Source: Minisyncoccia bacterium
GTDB lineage: Bacteria > Patescibacteriota > Minisyncoccia > Phycocordibacterales > CAJBRS01
Length of the DNA stretch: 54,683 nt
Reading direction: 5' to 3'
Assembly: GCA_038215155.1 (NCBI GenBank)
Contig: JBBQRF010000004.1
Span: 1-54,683, forward strand
The notes under the pieces are model-generated. The model was not told where the DNA came from. It made no database searches and was given only the letters and a program-made list of their open reading frames with translations. Numbering within the stretch: position 1 is the first letter of the stretch; each line of letters begins with the position of its first letter. Positions 17,958 through 27,372 of this stretch are shown piece by piece. The position numbers and the translations under genes are program-made.

Positions 17958-19361
17958 ATGCTTCTATTTTTAAAAAGATTTCTACAAAAATTTTCTCTCG
18001 GACTGCTCGTCTATGTATTGGTAGGATCTTTTGTCTTTTCTAACTCACTTAATTTTTTGGATACACACTATGCGCTGGCCCAGAGCTCTGACAGTGGGCA
18101 AACCGCTAATCCTAACCTTACCGCTGAACAGAGAGCAGCTCTTGAGGCTCAGTTACGTCAAATTGAGGGAGAAATCTCCCAACAACAGACCATTCTTACC
18201 CAAGCTAAAAAGCAGGGATCTTCTCTATCTAGAGACATTTCCATTCTAAATGCCCAAATCAAACAAGCTCAGCTGAAGATTCAAGCTCACACCATCGCCA
18301 TTAATCAACTTGGACACGATATTACAATTAAGACTCAAGTTATTAATAATCTCAATCAACACATTGGTGCTGAACAGAACTCCCTGTCTAACATGCTGCG
18401 CCAAGTGCACCAACTCGATTCCTATTCTCTGGCAGAGGCCATTCTTAGCAAGAAAAATCTTTCCGATTTTCTTTTAGATATGGATGCTCTCACCACTCTT
18501 AACAGTGCTTTAAAAGCTCAGGTAGATAAAGTTCAAGAGGATAAACATCAAACTGAAGCCCAACAACAGGCACTAAGTCAAAAGAAAGATCAGGAAGTTG
18601 ATACTCGTACTGACATTCAAAGCGAGCAAAGCAAAATTAAAGTAGCAGAGGCACAAAAGCAAAGACTTCTTAGTCTAAACAAATCTGAGCAGAAAAATTA
18701 TCAAGGAGTTATTTCAAGTAAGCAATCCGAAGCGGCTAAAATACGTAATCAACTATTCGTATTAAGAGATGTACCAGCAATTAAGTTCGGTGATGCTCTG
18801 GCTTATGCTCAGAGTGCCCAACGCGTCACTGGAGTAGATGCAGCCTTTATTTTAGCCATCATAACTCAGGAAAGTAACCTCGGAGCGAACGTCGGAACTT
18901 GCTATCTAACCAATTCTTCCGGTCAGGGCACTAGAATTTCTACCGGGGCAATAATTAATAATCTAATGAAACCAGATCGAGACGTCGCTCCATTCTTAGA
19001 AATTACGGCCGCTGTCGGGAGGGATCCATACCATACTAAAGTTTCCTGTCCAATTGGTGGCTATGGTTATGGAGGGGCCATGGGGCCGGCGCAATTCATT
19101 GCTTCCACTTGGAAACTGAACGCTTCTCGAATTGCCGCGGCCCTTGGAAAGTCCGCTGCCGATCCCTGGAATCCCCCCGACGCTTTCATGGCCTCGGCAC
19201 TATATTTGCAAGATTTGGGAGCAGTGGGCGGAAGTTATAGCGCAGAAATACGGGCGGCTTGTCGTTATTATGGAAGTGGGGGATCCTCATGCGCTTACGG
19301 CAATCAAGTAATGGCCAAAGTTAAAAATATTCAGGCGAATATTGATATCTTAAACGGATAG
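17958..19361 (+). CDS. Membrane-anchored coiled-coil protein with a C-terminal lytic-transglycosylase-like domain
   Basis: N-terminal TM segment, about 250 aa of Q/K-rich coiled coil, then ILAIITQESNLG and GAMGPAQFIASTW (SLT/MltB-like). Confidence 0.65.
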   Translation: MLLFLKRFLQKFSLGLLVYVLVGSFVFSNSLNFLDTHYALAQSSDSGQTANPNLTAEQRAALEAQLRQIEGEISQQQTILTQAKKQGSSLSRDISILNAQIKQAQLKIQAHTIAINQLGHDITIKTQVINNLNQHIGAEQNSLSNMLRQVHQLDSYSLAEAILSKKNLSDFLLDMDALTTLNSALKAQVDKVQEDKHQTEAQQQALSQKKDQEVDTRTDIQSEQSKIKVAEAQKQRLLSLNKSEQKNYQGVISSKQSEAAKIRNQLFVLRDVPAIKFGDALAYAQSAQRVTGVDAAFILAIITQESNLGANVGTCYLTNSSGQGTRISTGAIINNLMKPDRDVAPFLEITAAVGRDPYHTKVSCPIGGYGYGGAMGPAQFIASTWKLNASRIAAALGKSAADPWNPPDAFMASALYLQDLGAVGGSYSAEIRAACRYYGSGGSSCAYGNQVMAKVKNIQANIDILNG

Positions 19362-19374
19362 CAAAACTCGTCTT

Positions 19375-19452
19375 GCCTACAACTTTCATCGAGGCGCGGT
19401 AGTCAATTTGGGTCCGCTAGGCCAAGTCTTACCCTCACTAAAAGTTGTAGGC
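19375..19452. repeat. Intergenic hairpin, with 12-bp perfect outer stem, upstream of rpmE
   Basis: gcctacaacttt ... aaagttgtaggc plus an inner gagg/cctc pairing. The arm sequence resembles the arms of the 45110-45200 hairpin. Confidence 0.6.
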
Positions 19453-19482
19453 TTCGCCGTGTTCTGCTATACTCTCTGAGTT

Positions 19483-19743
19483 ATGAAAAAGGACATTCAC
19501 CCCGCATATTTTCCAAAAGCCACCATTACCTGTGCCTGCGGCAAGATCTACACCCTCGGCTCTACTAAGGAGAAAATGGAGGTGGAAATTTGTGCTGCCT
19601 GCCATCCACTTTATACAGGCAATGAAAAGGTTCTCGACTCGGCTGGCCGAGTAGAAAGATTCAAAGCTCGACAGTCTGGCTCCAAAAAAGTTACTTCAAA
19701 GAAAGTTGCCACTAAAGCTAAGAGTTCAGAAGATAAGAAATAA
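19483..19743 (+). CDS. rpmE: Ribosomal protein L31 (Cys-containing type) with K-rich tail
   Basis: MKKDIHP...CACG...CAACHPLYTG. Confidence 0.9.
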   Translation: MKKDIHPAYFPKATITCACGKIYTLGSTKEKMEVEICAACHPLYTGNEKVLDSAGRVERFKARQSGSKKVTSKKVATKAKSSEDKK

Positions 19744-19750
19744 ATACTCT

Positions 19751-19794
19751 ATAGACACCGCGGCTGCCATTTAAATGGCAGCCGCGGTGTCTAT
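19751..19794. repeat. Perfect 44-nt palindrome between rpmE and prfA (hairpin without U-tract)
   Basis: atagacaccgcggctgccattt|aaatggcagccgcggtgtctat. All 22 pairs are Watson-Crick. It is followed by ctatctac, then the prfA ATG. Confidence 0.9.
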
Positions 19795-19802
19795 CTATCT
19801 AC

Positions 19803-20756
19803 ATGGAAAAAGAAAAATTGGCAGAGCTGAAAAAAAATCATAAAACCAGTTTTCTAGCGGGAGAATTGGAGCGTCTCATTCAAGAAGAAGAGGAAATGAA
19901 AAAAATGGCGGATACTAATAAAGAGATGGCGGAAATGGCTCAAGAGGAATTAAAAGATTTAGAAATCCAAAAAATATCCATTGAAGAGCAGATTGCAAGC
20001 ATCTTGAAAGTAGAAGAATCCGAAGAACAATTTCCGAATGAAGTCATTTTGGAAGTTCGAGCAGGCGCCGGGGGAGAGGAAGCCGCACTTTTTGCTGAGG
20101 AACTTTCCATTATGTATCAGAAATACGCTACTGCTCTCGGTTGGCCTACCAGAAAAATAAATGAATCTCCTTCTGCTCTTGGTGGCTACAAAGAGGTCTC
20201 AATAGAAATTAAAGGCCAGGATGTTTATCGAAAGTTACGTTTTGAGACGGGCGTTCATAGGATCCAGCGAGTTCCTAAGACTGAGAAAATGGGACGAGTT
20301 CACACTTCTACGGCTTCTGTAGCTATTCTTCCTATTCGTAAAAAAACTAACATGGTTATTAATCCCACAGATATTGAAATGGAGTTTTCTCGATCCGGCG
20401 GTGCTGGTGGTCAAAACGTTAATAAAGTGGAGACGGCTGTAAGGCTGATTCATAAGCCGACCGGTATTGACGTGCGCTCGACTCAAGAAAGAAGTCAATT
20501 GAAAAATCGCGAAAAGGCCATGAGTATTCTCGTTGCCAAACTGGAGCAATTAAAAGAAGAAGAGGAATTCAAGAAATTTGCCAAAGAGCGTTCCGATCAA
20601 ATCGGAACTGCCGATCGCTCGGAAAAAATCCGCACCTACAACATTCTTCAAGACCGCGTAACGGATCATCGTATCAAGGAATCCTGGCACAACATTGAGA
20701 AGATCTTTGCGGGGGAGTTAGGGCCCATCATTTCAACTTTACAAGAAAAGGCTTAA
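19803..20756 (+). CDS. prfA: Peptide chain release factor 1 (short form)
   Basis: [14 protein letters not shown] and RVPKTE (PxT-type tripeptide region). 317 aa. Confidence 0.88.
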   Translation: MEKEKLAELKKNHKTSFLAGELERLIQEEEEMKKMADTNKEMAEMAQEELKDLEIQKISIEEQIASILKVEESEEQFPNEVILEVRAGAGGEEAALFAEELSIMYQKYATALGWPTRKINESPSALGGYKEVSIEIKGQDVYRKLRFETGVHRIQRVPKTEKMGRVHTSTASVAILPIRKKTNMVINPTDIEMEFSRSGGAGGQNVNKVETAVRLIHKPTGIDVRSTQERSQLKNREKAMSILVAKLEQLKEEEEFKKFAKERSDQIGTADRSEKIRTYNILQDRVTDHRIKESWHNIEKIFAGELGPIISTLQEKA

Positions 20757-20777
20757 TTGCTACACTGTTCCCTACCT

Positions 20778-21491
20778 ATGGCAGAAAAAACAGAGCAAAA
20801 TAGCCAATTAATTGAGAAAATGTTCTCCGTCGGAGCACATTTCGGCTATTCTCGTTCACGCCGCCACCCTACTACCAGTTCTTATATTTTCGGGGCTAAA
20901 AACAAGGTAGAAATCATTAATTTAGAGAAGACCGAAGAGCTTCTAAATACTGCCCTGGAATTTGTCAAAACGCTTGGATCAGAGTCTAAAACTCTGTTAC
21001 TAGTGTCCGGTAAAAATGAAGCACGAGAGGCCATCGAAGCAGGGGCAGCAAAGATTGAAATGCCATATGTCGCCGGCCGCTGGGTCGGTGGAACTTTTAC
21101 CAATGCTGATAATATTCGTAAGCGAGTAGAGAAGATGTTGGATTTAGTTAGTCAGCGCGAGAAGGGTGAGTTAGCTAAATACACTAAAAAAGAACGACTC
21201 TTAATAGATAGGCAGATTGAAAAACTTGAATTACTTTTTTCCGGTCTGACCACCTTAAAACAATTACCTGCTGCACTTTTTGTTGTTGATTCTCGCAGAG
21301 AACATATTGCCGTAGAGGAAGCAAAGAAATTAAAAATTCCCGTGCTAGCCCTTTGTGGTTCTGATTGCAATTTGAAAGAAGTGGATTTTCCGGTTGTGGC
21401 GAATGATTCTTCCATCACTAGCATTAAATTTTTCGTTGATAAAATCACTGAAGCCTACAAAGAAGGGCAAGCTTTGAAGCCTAAAATTTAA
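20778..21491 (+). CDS. rpsB: Ribosomal protein S2
   Basis: FSVGAHFGYSRSRRHP. Start chosen at MAEKTE. Confidence 0.9.
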   Translation: MAEKTEQNSQLIEKMFSVGAHFGYSRSRRHPTTSSYIFGAKNKVEIINLEKTEELLNTALEFVKTLGSESKTLLLVSGKNEAREAIEAGAAKIEMPYVAGRWVGGTFTNADNIRKRVEKMLDLVSQREKGELAKYTKKERLLIDRQIEKLELLFSGLTTLKQLPAALFVVDSRREHIAVEEAKKLKIPVLALCGSDCNLKEVDFPVVANDSSITSIKFFVDKITEAYKEGQALKPKI

Positions 21492-21497
21492 GTTACT

Positions 21498-22088
21498 ATG
21501 ACTATAACTACCGATCAGGTAAAAGAATTACGAGATAAAACTGGCATTTCTGTTATGCAGTGCCGTAAAGCTTTAGAAGAAGCAGAGGGGGACATGGATA
21601 AAGCCCAGATAATTTTAAAGAAAAAAGGCGCCGAAATCGCCAACAAAAAGAGCGATCGTAATCTCGGCGCCGGCACTATTGCCGCCTACATTCACTCAAA
21701 TGGAAATGTAGGAGCGATGATAGAGCTTGCCTCTGAAACAGATTTTGTCTCCAAGAACCCTGAATTCAAAACCTTAGCATATGAAATCGCTATGCATATT
21801 ACTGCTCTTAAGCCTGAATTTTTAAATAAAGCAGAGATCAGTGAGGAGAACCGCAATAAAGCTACAGAAGTTTTCCAAAAAGAACTTGAGGGAAAGCCAA
21901 AGGAAATGCATGAGAAAATTATGGAAGGAAAGCTAAATGCCTACTTTGCCGACCGTATCCTATTAGAGCAACCATTCATTAAAAATGGCGAACAGACCAT
22001 AGGCCAACTAATCGAAGGAGCTATTCAGAAATTCGGCGAAAAGATTGAGGTAGCAAGATTTGCCCGCTTCGGTGTGTTAGATAAATAA
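21498..22088 (+). CDS. tsf: Elongation factor Ts (short form)
   Basis: VKELRDKTGISVMQCRKALEEAEGDMDKA UBA-like N-terminus. Confidence 0.9.
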   Translation: MTITTDQVKELRDKTGISVMQCRKALEEAEGDMDKAQIILKKKGAEIANKKSDRNLGAGTIAAYIHSNGNVGAMIELASETDFVSKNPEFKTLAYEIAMHITALKPEFLNKAEISEENRNKATEVFQKELEGKPKEMHEKIMEGKLNAYFADRILLEQPFIKNGEQTIGQLIEGAIQKFGEKIEVARFARFGVLDK

Positions 22089-22093
22089 GAAAA

Positions 22094-22471
22094 ATGACCA
22101 TCTTTCTGATTTCTCTTTTCATACTCTCTTTCATCTTGATGGCTCTTATGATTGGGCTAAAAATGGCCGAAGAAAAAAGTGGTAAGAAGTTAACTCTAAT
22201 TAGCTCTCGCGCAGATCAGTGGCTTATCCGGACCGGACGGAAAATTGATGGAGTGTTATATAAGGTCAATTGGCGTACCATGGTGCTTCTCTACCATTTC
22301 ATTTTGGAAAAAGTCGAGAACCTTTTTTTGATAATTTATCGGCAAATTAGAAATAAATTGACTAAAACGGTAAATTTGGTAAAAGGAGAAGGGAAGGTTA
22401 ATGAAGAAAAATCTTCTACTTCCTTCTTTTTGAAGAATATAGAGGAACACAAGAGCAAGCATAAAAAATAA
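22094..22471 (+). CDS. Membrane protein of unknown function
   Basis: N-terminal TM helix and a basic C-terminus. No recognisable motif. Confidence 0.45.
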   Translation: MTIFLISLFILSFILMALMIGLKMAEEKSGKKLTLISSRADQWLIRTGRKIDGVLYKVNWRTMVLLYHFILEKVENLFLIIYRQIRNKLTKTVNLVKGEGKVNEEKSSTSFFLKNIEEHKSKHKK

Positions 22472-22510
22472 ATAGTGTTAGGTTGAGATAGTGAAGTTGG
22501 TTTTTTCAGA

Positions 22511-22583
22511 GCCGGAGTAGCTCAGTCGGTAGAGCAATAGTTTTGTAAACTATAGGTCGTCGGTTCAAGCCCGACCTCCGGCT
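22511..22583 (+). tRNA. tRNA-Thr (anticodon UGU), no encoded CCA
   Basis: Hand-folded cloverleaf: acceptor GCCGGAG/CTCCGGC, D arm GCTC-AGTCGGTA-GAGC, anticodon arm ATAGT-TTTGTAA-ACTAT, T arm GTCGG-TTCAAGC-CCGAC. Confidence 0.9.
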
Positions 22584-22592
22584 CTGAGGAAA

Positions 22593-23273
22593 TCAAAAAT
22601 TTTTCTTTGTGGAAGTTGCGTTAGTCGAGGAAGCTGAGAGAGTCTTTAAAATCGGGAGATATCCTTCCACGTCTTCGATGCTACTAAAGCCGTAATAAAC
22701 CTTCTCATCAATTATCAGAGCAGGTAATTCTCCTGATAATTTATTGATATTAATAAGTGTTTTCACTGCTCCTAAATCAAGACCATAATCAAACGAATAG
22801 ATTCTAAGTTCAGGGTATTGATCTCTTAAGGCATTTAAAACATAGCTCTCTCGGATGCAGTCCGGGCACTCTTTATCTGAATAGAAATAGATAAGGGAGG
22901 CCGAAGGTTTTTTACAGCGGGCGCTAATCTGCTTCATTAGTAGATAATCTTTTAACTCTAGTAAGGAATAATCTTTTTTTAACTGAATAATATTGCTATT
23001 AGTATTGCCAATATTAGCTTCGCCATAACGCAATCTATCTGCCAAGGAATTTAATTCAGGAGAAAGAATTGAGTCATCCACAGTTTTGCACGAAAACTCG
23101 CCGAGCAGTGAAAACTGAATTTCGGAGGAAGCAATGTCAGTGGAAATGGAATTTTGGATGCCTTGAATGTTCTCGATCCTCTTGTTATCGAAATAATTAT
23201 TAAGAAAAAGGGCGGTTAAGAAAATTATCAGAGTTATGGTGAGAGTGAGTAGATATTTTCGCCAGTCCATCAT
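22593..23273 (-). CDS. Membrane-anchored thioredoxin-fold protein (CPDC motif)
   Basis: N-terminal TM segment, then YFYSDKECPDCIRE, a CxxC in thioredoxin-like context. Confidence 0.55.
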   Translation of the reverse strand: MMDWRKYLLTLTITLIIFLTALFLNNYFDNKRIENIQGIQNSISTDIASSEIQFSLLGEFSCKTVDDSILSPELNSLADRLRYGEANIGNTNSNIIQLKKDYSLLELKDYLLMKQISARCKKPSASLIYFYSDKECPDCIRESYVLNALRDQYPELRIYSFDYGLDLGAVKTLININKLSGELPALIIDEKVYYGFSSIEDVEGYLPILKTLSASSTNATSTKKNF

Positions 23274-23282
23274 CTGTCAGGA

Positions 23283-23340
23283 TAGCAAACGTCGCTAATT
23301 AAATCTAGAGACCAGAATAGCGAATTAGCGACGTTTGCTA
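23283..23340. repeat. 18-bp perfect inverted repeat with a 22-nt spacer, between two minus-strand genes
   Basis: tagcaaacgtcgctaatt ... aattagcgacgtttgcta. No U-tract on either strand. Confidence 0.85.
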
Positions 23341-23342
23341 GA

Positions 23343-24581
23343 TCAGCGCCAAGGAGTACTTCTGGAAAAGAGGTTATTATAAAAAGCTTTTAAGAGCCAA
23401 AGAGGAGCGATGAATGAGTAAAGAAGAGCGGAATACACTAAATCCATAAAGCGACGATCTCGTATGCCTGCCATGCGCTTGCCTATAATAATCAAAGCTA
23501 AGGTTAGACCGGCAACTAATATGTTGACGAAAGAAAGAGTAGCGGTGTTGACGTAAAACCAATGAAAATGAAAATTCCACGAAGGACGAAAGCCCACAGT
23601 TTGGAGGTAAACAATCTCACTAATGATTGATTGAACGATGGCGTAATATGAAATAAGCACTAGATAGATAGTGGCAAAGAAGGAAATAAAGGACAAAGGC
23701 AGAATCATTAGGCCGAGATTTCCATATTTAGCATTTAAGATTATAAAACGATAATCTTTAAGATTTTCTAAAAAGCCATGTGTCCAACGTACACGCTGCC
23801 GATATAATTTGTGAAAAGTCTTGGGCCCTACAGTAAAAACTACCGCTTTATGGGCGTTCACAATCTTATAATGATTGGATTGAAGGCGAAGAGCCATTTC
23901 CATATCTTCGGTATTATGTGCATGACGATAATTTCCTAAATCACGATAAACCTGGGCACGGAAAATAGAAAAAGGACCCGGAGTAACATAGATAGCATTT
24001 AATATTGCCGAAATTTTTCTAACAAAGATGCCTAAATTATATTCCACATTTTGAATCATACGCATAATACTGGAGTTAGGATTATGGATCTTCAAGGAAG
24101 GAGTAACGGCCATAGTCTCAGGGTTATCAAAGTAAGGCATTATTTGCTGAAGTGCCTCGGGATGGACAAATGAATCGGCGTCTAAACAGCCAATAAATTC
24201 TGTCTTAGCGTGCTCTAATCCTAAATTTAAGGCGGTGTATTTTCCACCATTTTCTTTCCTAAGGATTTCTATGTTTGGCACGTCTTTAAATTTCGAAATA
24301 ACTTCATAAGTTCTATCATCACTTCCATCATCAATAATAATAATATTAAGCTTTTCTTTAGGATAATTGATTTCCAAGAGAGATTGAATAGTTCCGCCAA
24401 TTGTAGTCTCTTCGTTGTAACAGGGTACTAGAACGGTTACACCCGGAAAGGTGGTCAGTTTTCGGGATTCTTCTTTCTTTATATCGCCCCTTTTTTCCCA
24501 AAATGTCACCAACATAAAAATCTCCCAATAAAGGGTTAAAAATAGAAAAGTATAGGTGACTCCCTCTGAGACAAAATGCAT
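23343..24581 (-). CDS. Processive family-2 glycosyltransferase (PgaC/NodC/cellulose-synthase-like)
   Basis: VLVPCYNEE, IIIDDGSDD, LDADS and QRVRW motifs, plus C-terminal TM helices. Confidence 0.8.
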   Translation of the reverse strand: MHFVSEGVTYTFLFLTLYWEIFMLVTFWEKRGDIKKEESRKLTTFPGVTVLVPCYNEETTIGGTIQSLLEINYPKEKLNIIIIDDGSDDRTYEVISKFKDVPNIEILRKENGGKYTALNLGLEHAKTEFIGCLDADSFVHPEALQQIMPYFDNPETMAVTPSLKIHNPNSSIMRMIQNVEYNLGIFVRKISAILNAIYVTPGPFSIFRAQVYRDLGNYRHAHNTEDMEMALRLQSNHYKIVNAHKAVVFTVGPKTFHKLYRQRVRWTHGFLENLKDYRFIILNAKYGNLGLMILPLSFISFFATIYLVLISYYAIVQSIISEIVYLQTVGFRPSWNFHFHWFYVNTATLSFVNILVAGLTLALIIIGKRMAGIRDRRFMDLVYSALLYSFIAPLWLLKAFYNNLFSRSTPWR

Positions 24582-24632
24582 ATTTCCCTCATCCTAGCTT
24601 GAAATAGGCCATTTTTCAACTCTTACGTTATA

Positions 24633-25343
24633 ATGGCCTATATGAAAGAGGATTTTAAAGGGCATATTCATCCTTTGAGCCAAGTCATCGAGGAACTTTA
24701 CCAGGTTTTTTCAAAACTGGGCTTTGTGGTGGCTGAAGGTCCCGAACTAGAAACAGAATTTTATAACTTTGATGCTTTAAATATTCCAGCTGATCATCCT
24801 GCGCGAGATATGCAAGATACTTTTTGGGTTAAGAATAAAGAGGATGAGAGATTAGTAATGCGCACTCAGACTTCACCGGTACAAATTAGGTTCATGGAGA
24901 AAAATGAGCCACCACTTCGAATTATTGTGCCGGGGAAAGTTTTTCGAAATGAGGCGACAGATGCCACTCACGAAACTCAATTCTTTCAACTAGAAGGGTT
25001 GGTGGTTGATAAAAATATTTCCATGGCTAATTTAAAGTGGACCATGACTGAGTTGTTTAAAGGGATTTTTGGAGAAGAGGTAGAAATTTTGTTTCGGCCT
25101 AGTTACTTTCCTTTCACCGAGCCATCCTTAGAAGTTTTTATGAAATGGAAAGGCAAGTTATTGGAAATGGCAGGCGCAGGAATGGTACATCCAAATGTAT
25201 TTAAGGCTGCCGGTTTAGACGCACAAAAGTGGAAAGGTTTTGCCTTCGGTTTGGGTATTGATCGATTAGTGATGCTTAAATACGATATTCCGGACGTCAG
25301 AATGCTTTATTCGGCTGACTTACGATTAGTTAATCAATTTTAA
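24633..25343 (+). CDS. pheS: Phenylalanyl-tRNA synthetase alpha subunit (short N-terminus)
   Basis: FDALNIPADHPARDMQDTF and GFAFGLGIDRL motifs. Confidence 0.9.
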   Translation: MAYMKEDFKGHIHPLSQVIEELYQVFSKLGFVVAEGPELETEFYNFDALNIPADHPARDMQDTFWVKNKEDERLVMRTQTSPVQIRFMEKNEPPLRIIVPGKVFRNEATDATHETQFFQLEGLVVDKNISMANLKWTMTELFKGIFGEEVEILFRPSYFPFTEPSLEVFMKWKGKLLEMAGAGMVHPNVFKAAGLDAQKWKGFAFGLGIDRLVMLKYDIPDVRMLYSADLRLVNQF

Positions 25344-27346
25344 TGTTAATTTCTTATAAAACTCTTCAGAAATTTTTCGATGAACCGTTGCCCGAGGCAG
25401 AGACCTTGTCAGAACTATTGACGCATCATGCTTTTGAAGTGGAGAAGGTTACTCCAATAGGGGATGATTTTATTTTCGATATTAAGGTATTGCCGGATAG
25501 GGCCCACTATGCCTTGTCACATCGTGGGGTTTCTTATGAGGTAGCGGCCATTTTAGGACTGAAGAGAAATGGAGAGGCGCGGGCGAAGCCTGCGCAAGCA
25601 GACGCGGAAAATTCCAGCCTCGGAAATTTGAAGATTCAAATTTCCGAGGCTGATCTGTGCGCGCGTTACATGATTCGCGAAATTAAAAACGTCACAGTCA
25701 CGGACTCACCTGCATGGCTTCAAGAATTTTTAAAATCAATTGATCAGCGATCGATTAATAACATTGTTGACGCCCTTAATTACATTATGTTTTATGTGGG
25801 CCAACCCCTGCATGCCTTTGATGCGGATAAGGTGGAAGGAGAGCTAGAGATTCGACTAGCCAAGGCAGGGGAGAGAATTACCCTTCTGGACGATAAAGAA
25901 ATAGTTTTGAATGAAAATGCGCTAGTCATTGCTGATAAAGTCGGACCGCTAGCAATTGCGGGAATTAAAGGTGGTAAGCGGGCTGAAGTAAATGCTCACA
26001 CAAAAAATATTCTCATTGAAGCCGCTAGCTTTCAGGCATCAAATGTACGTAAAACCTCCACTGAACTTAATTTACGTAACGAATCTTCCAAACGTTTTGA
26101 AAATGCAATCACTCCAGAACTTGCAGTTATTGGGTTGGAGAAAGTTACCAGTGAGATTTTAATATTGTCGCCTGGTGCTGAAGTGGCAGAGACGATTGAT
26201 ATTTATCCAAATAAGGCTCCTCAAGAAAAAATTTCTATCAACCCCAAAGAAATTAATGACACTCTTGGCATCACTATTCCCAGAGAAGAAATCATAAAAA
26301 TTTTAGAAAAATTAGAAATTCAAATAGAAGATCAGGAGGAAAAACTCTTAATGACTATTCCTTACGAGCGCTTGGATTTAAAATCAGCCATTGATATACC
26401 CGAAGAGGTGGGACGGCTCTATGGTTTCTCAAAAATTCCATCAGAAGCATTGTCTAAAGTAGCAGAGTCAAAAAACCTAAATAAAAATTTCTATTATCAA
26501 AATAGCATTAGAAAAATTTTAGGCCAGGCTGGCTTTTCGGAGATTTATACTCCAAGCATTGTGAATAAAGGAGAAATAGAAATAATTAATCCTCTAGCTT
26601 CTGATAAGAAATCTGCCCGTAGTAATTTAACAGACAATCTAGTAAAAAGCCTCCAACTGAATTTACACAATATTGAGCTTCTTGGTTTAGAGGAAATAAA
26701 AATTTTTGAAATGGGTAAAGTATTTACCAAGAACGGAGAATTCACTTCGCTAGCAATCGGCGTGGCTCATCCTGCTGGATTCAAAGGGGAGTCAGTCAAT
26801 GAGGAAATTAGAAAGGTCCGGGAGTATCTCCTCTCTCATCTCGATACTAAGATTATGACTCTTTGCACCACCGACGATACTGGGGGGCTATTAATGCTCG
26901 AGAAAGAGCATATTGGAGTCATTAATAAAGTTGATGGAATAATGGAACTGAACCTCGATAAGCTCATTGGTGATTTACCTTCACCGGATTTGGAATCTGA
27001 ACTCCTTAGTGACACGTTGGGGAATAGAACTTCACAATCTTATAGTTCTATTTCTATTTACCCTTTTGTGCTGCGTGATATCGCCGTTTTTGTAACTGGA
27101 GAGAAGGGACGAGAAGAGGAAGTGCTTGAAATTATTAAAAAAGAGGCGGGCGCGCTTTTAGTCCGCGCCCGCCTCTTCGATGTTTTTACTAAAATAAATA
27201 AAGAAACAGAAGAAACCAAAACTTCCTATGCCTACAGACTGGTTTTTCAATCAGCCGAGCGTACACTGACTGATGCCGAGATTAACAAGATTATGGATAA
27301 AATTACCACTGCTTTGAATGCTAAAGATCAGTGGTCAGTTCGCTAA
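25343..27346 (+). CDS. pheT: Phenylalanyl-tRNA synthetase beta subunit
   Basis: B3/4 and B5 domains and a C-terminal FDX-ACB region (LFDVF). ATG/TAA overlap with pheS. Confidence 0.9.
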   Translation: MLISYKTLQKFFDEPLPEAETLSELLTHHAFEVEKVTPIGDDFIFDIKVLPDRAHYALSHRGVSYEVAAILGLKRNGEARAKPAQADAENSSLGNLKIQISEADLCARYMIREIKNVTVTDSPAWLQEFLKSIDQRSINNIVDALNYIMFYVGQPLHAFDADKVEGELEIRLAKAGERITLLDDKEIVLNENALVIADKVGPLAIAGIKGGKRAEVNAHTKNILIEAASFQASNVRKTSTELNLRNESSKRFENAITPELAVIGLEKVTSEILILSPGAEVAETIDIYPNKAPQEKISINPKEINDTLGITIPREEIIKILEKLEIQIEDQEEKLLMTIPYERLDLKSAIDIPEEVGRLYGFSKIPSEALSKVAESKNLNKNFYYQNSIRKILGQAGFSEIYTPSIVNKGEIEIINPLASDKKSARSNLTDNLVKSLQLNLHNIELLGLEEIKIFEMGKVFTKNGEFTSLAIGVAHPAGFKGESVNEEIRKVREYLLSHLDTKIMTLCTTDDTGGLLMLEKEHIGVINKVDGIMELNLDKLIGDLPSPDLESELLSDTLGNRTSQSYSSISIYPFVLRDIAVFVTGEKGREEEVLEIIKKEAGALLVRARLFDVFTKINKETEETKTSYAYRLVFQSAERTLTDAEINKIMDKITTALNAKDQWSVR

Positions 27347-27372
27347 ATAAAAAATGCGACGCTGGGCGTCGC
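27345..27372 (-). terminator. Terminator of the 27372-27734 orphan gene
   Basis: On the minus strand, gcgacgc-cca-gcgtcgc is followed by ATTTTTTATTT. The stem abuts the stop codon. Confidence 0.7.

Noticed and set aside
19441-19453. The shared 13-mer ctaaaagttgtag (19439-19451 and 45170-45182) as proof of a repeat family on its own.
   Set aside because: By rough expectation, a single 13-mer match occurs by chance tens of times in 55 kb of AT-rich DNA. Only the fact that both arms of both hairpins match keeps it as a low-confidence finding.
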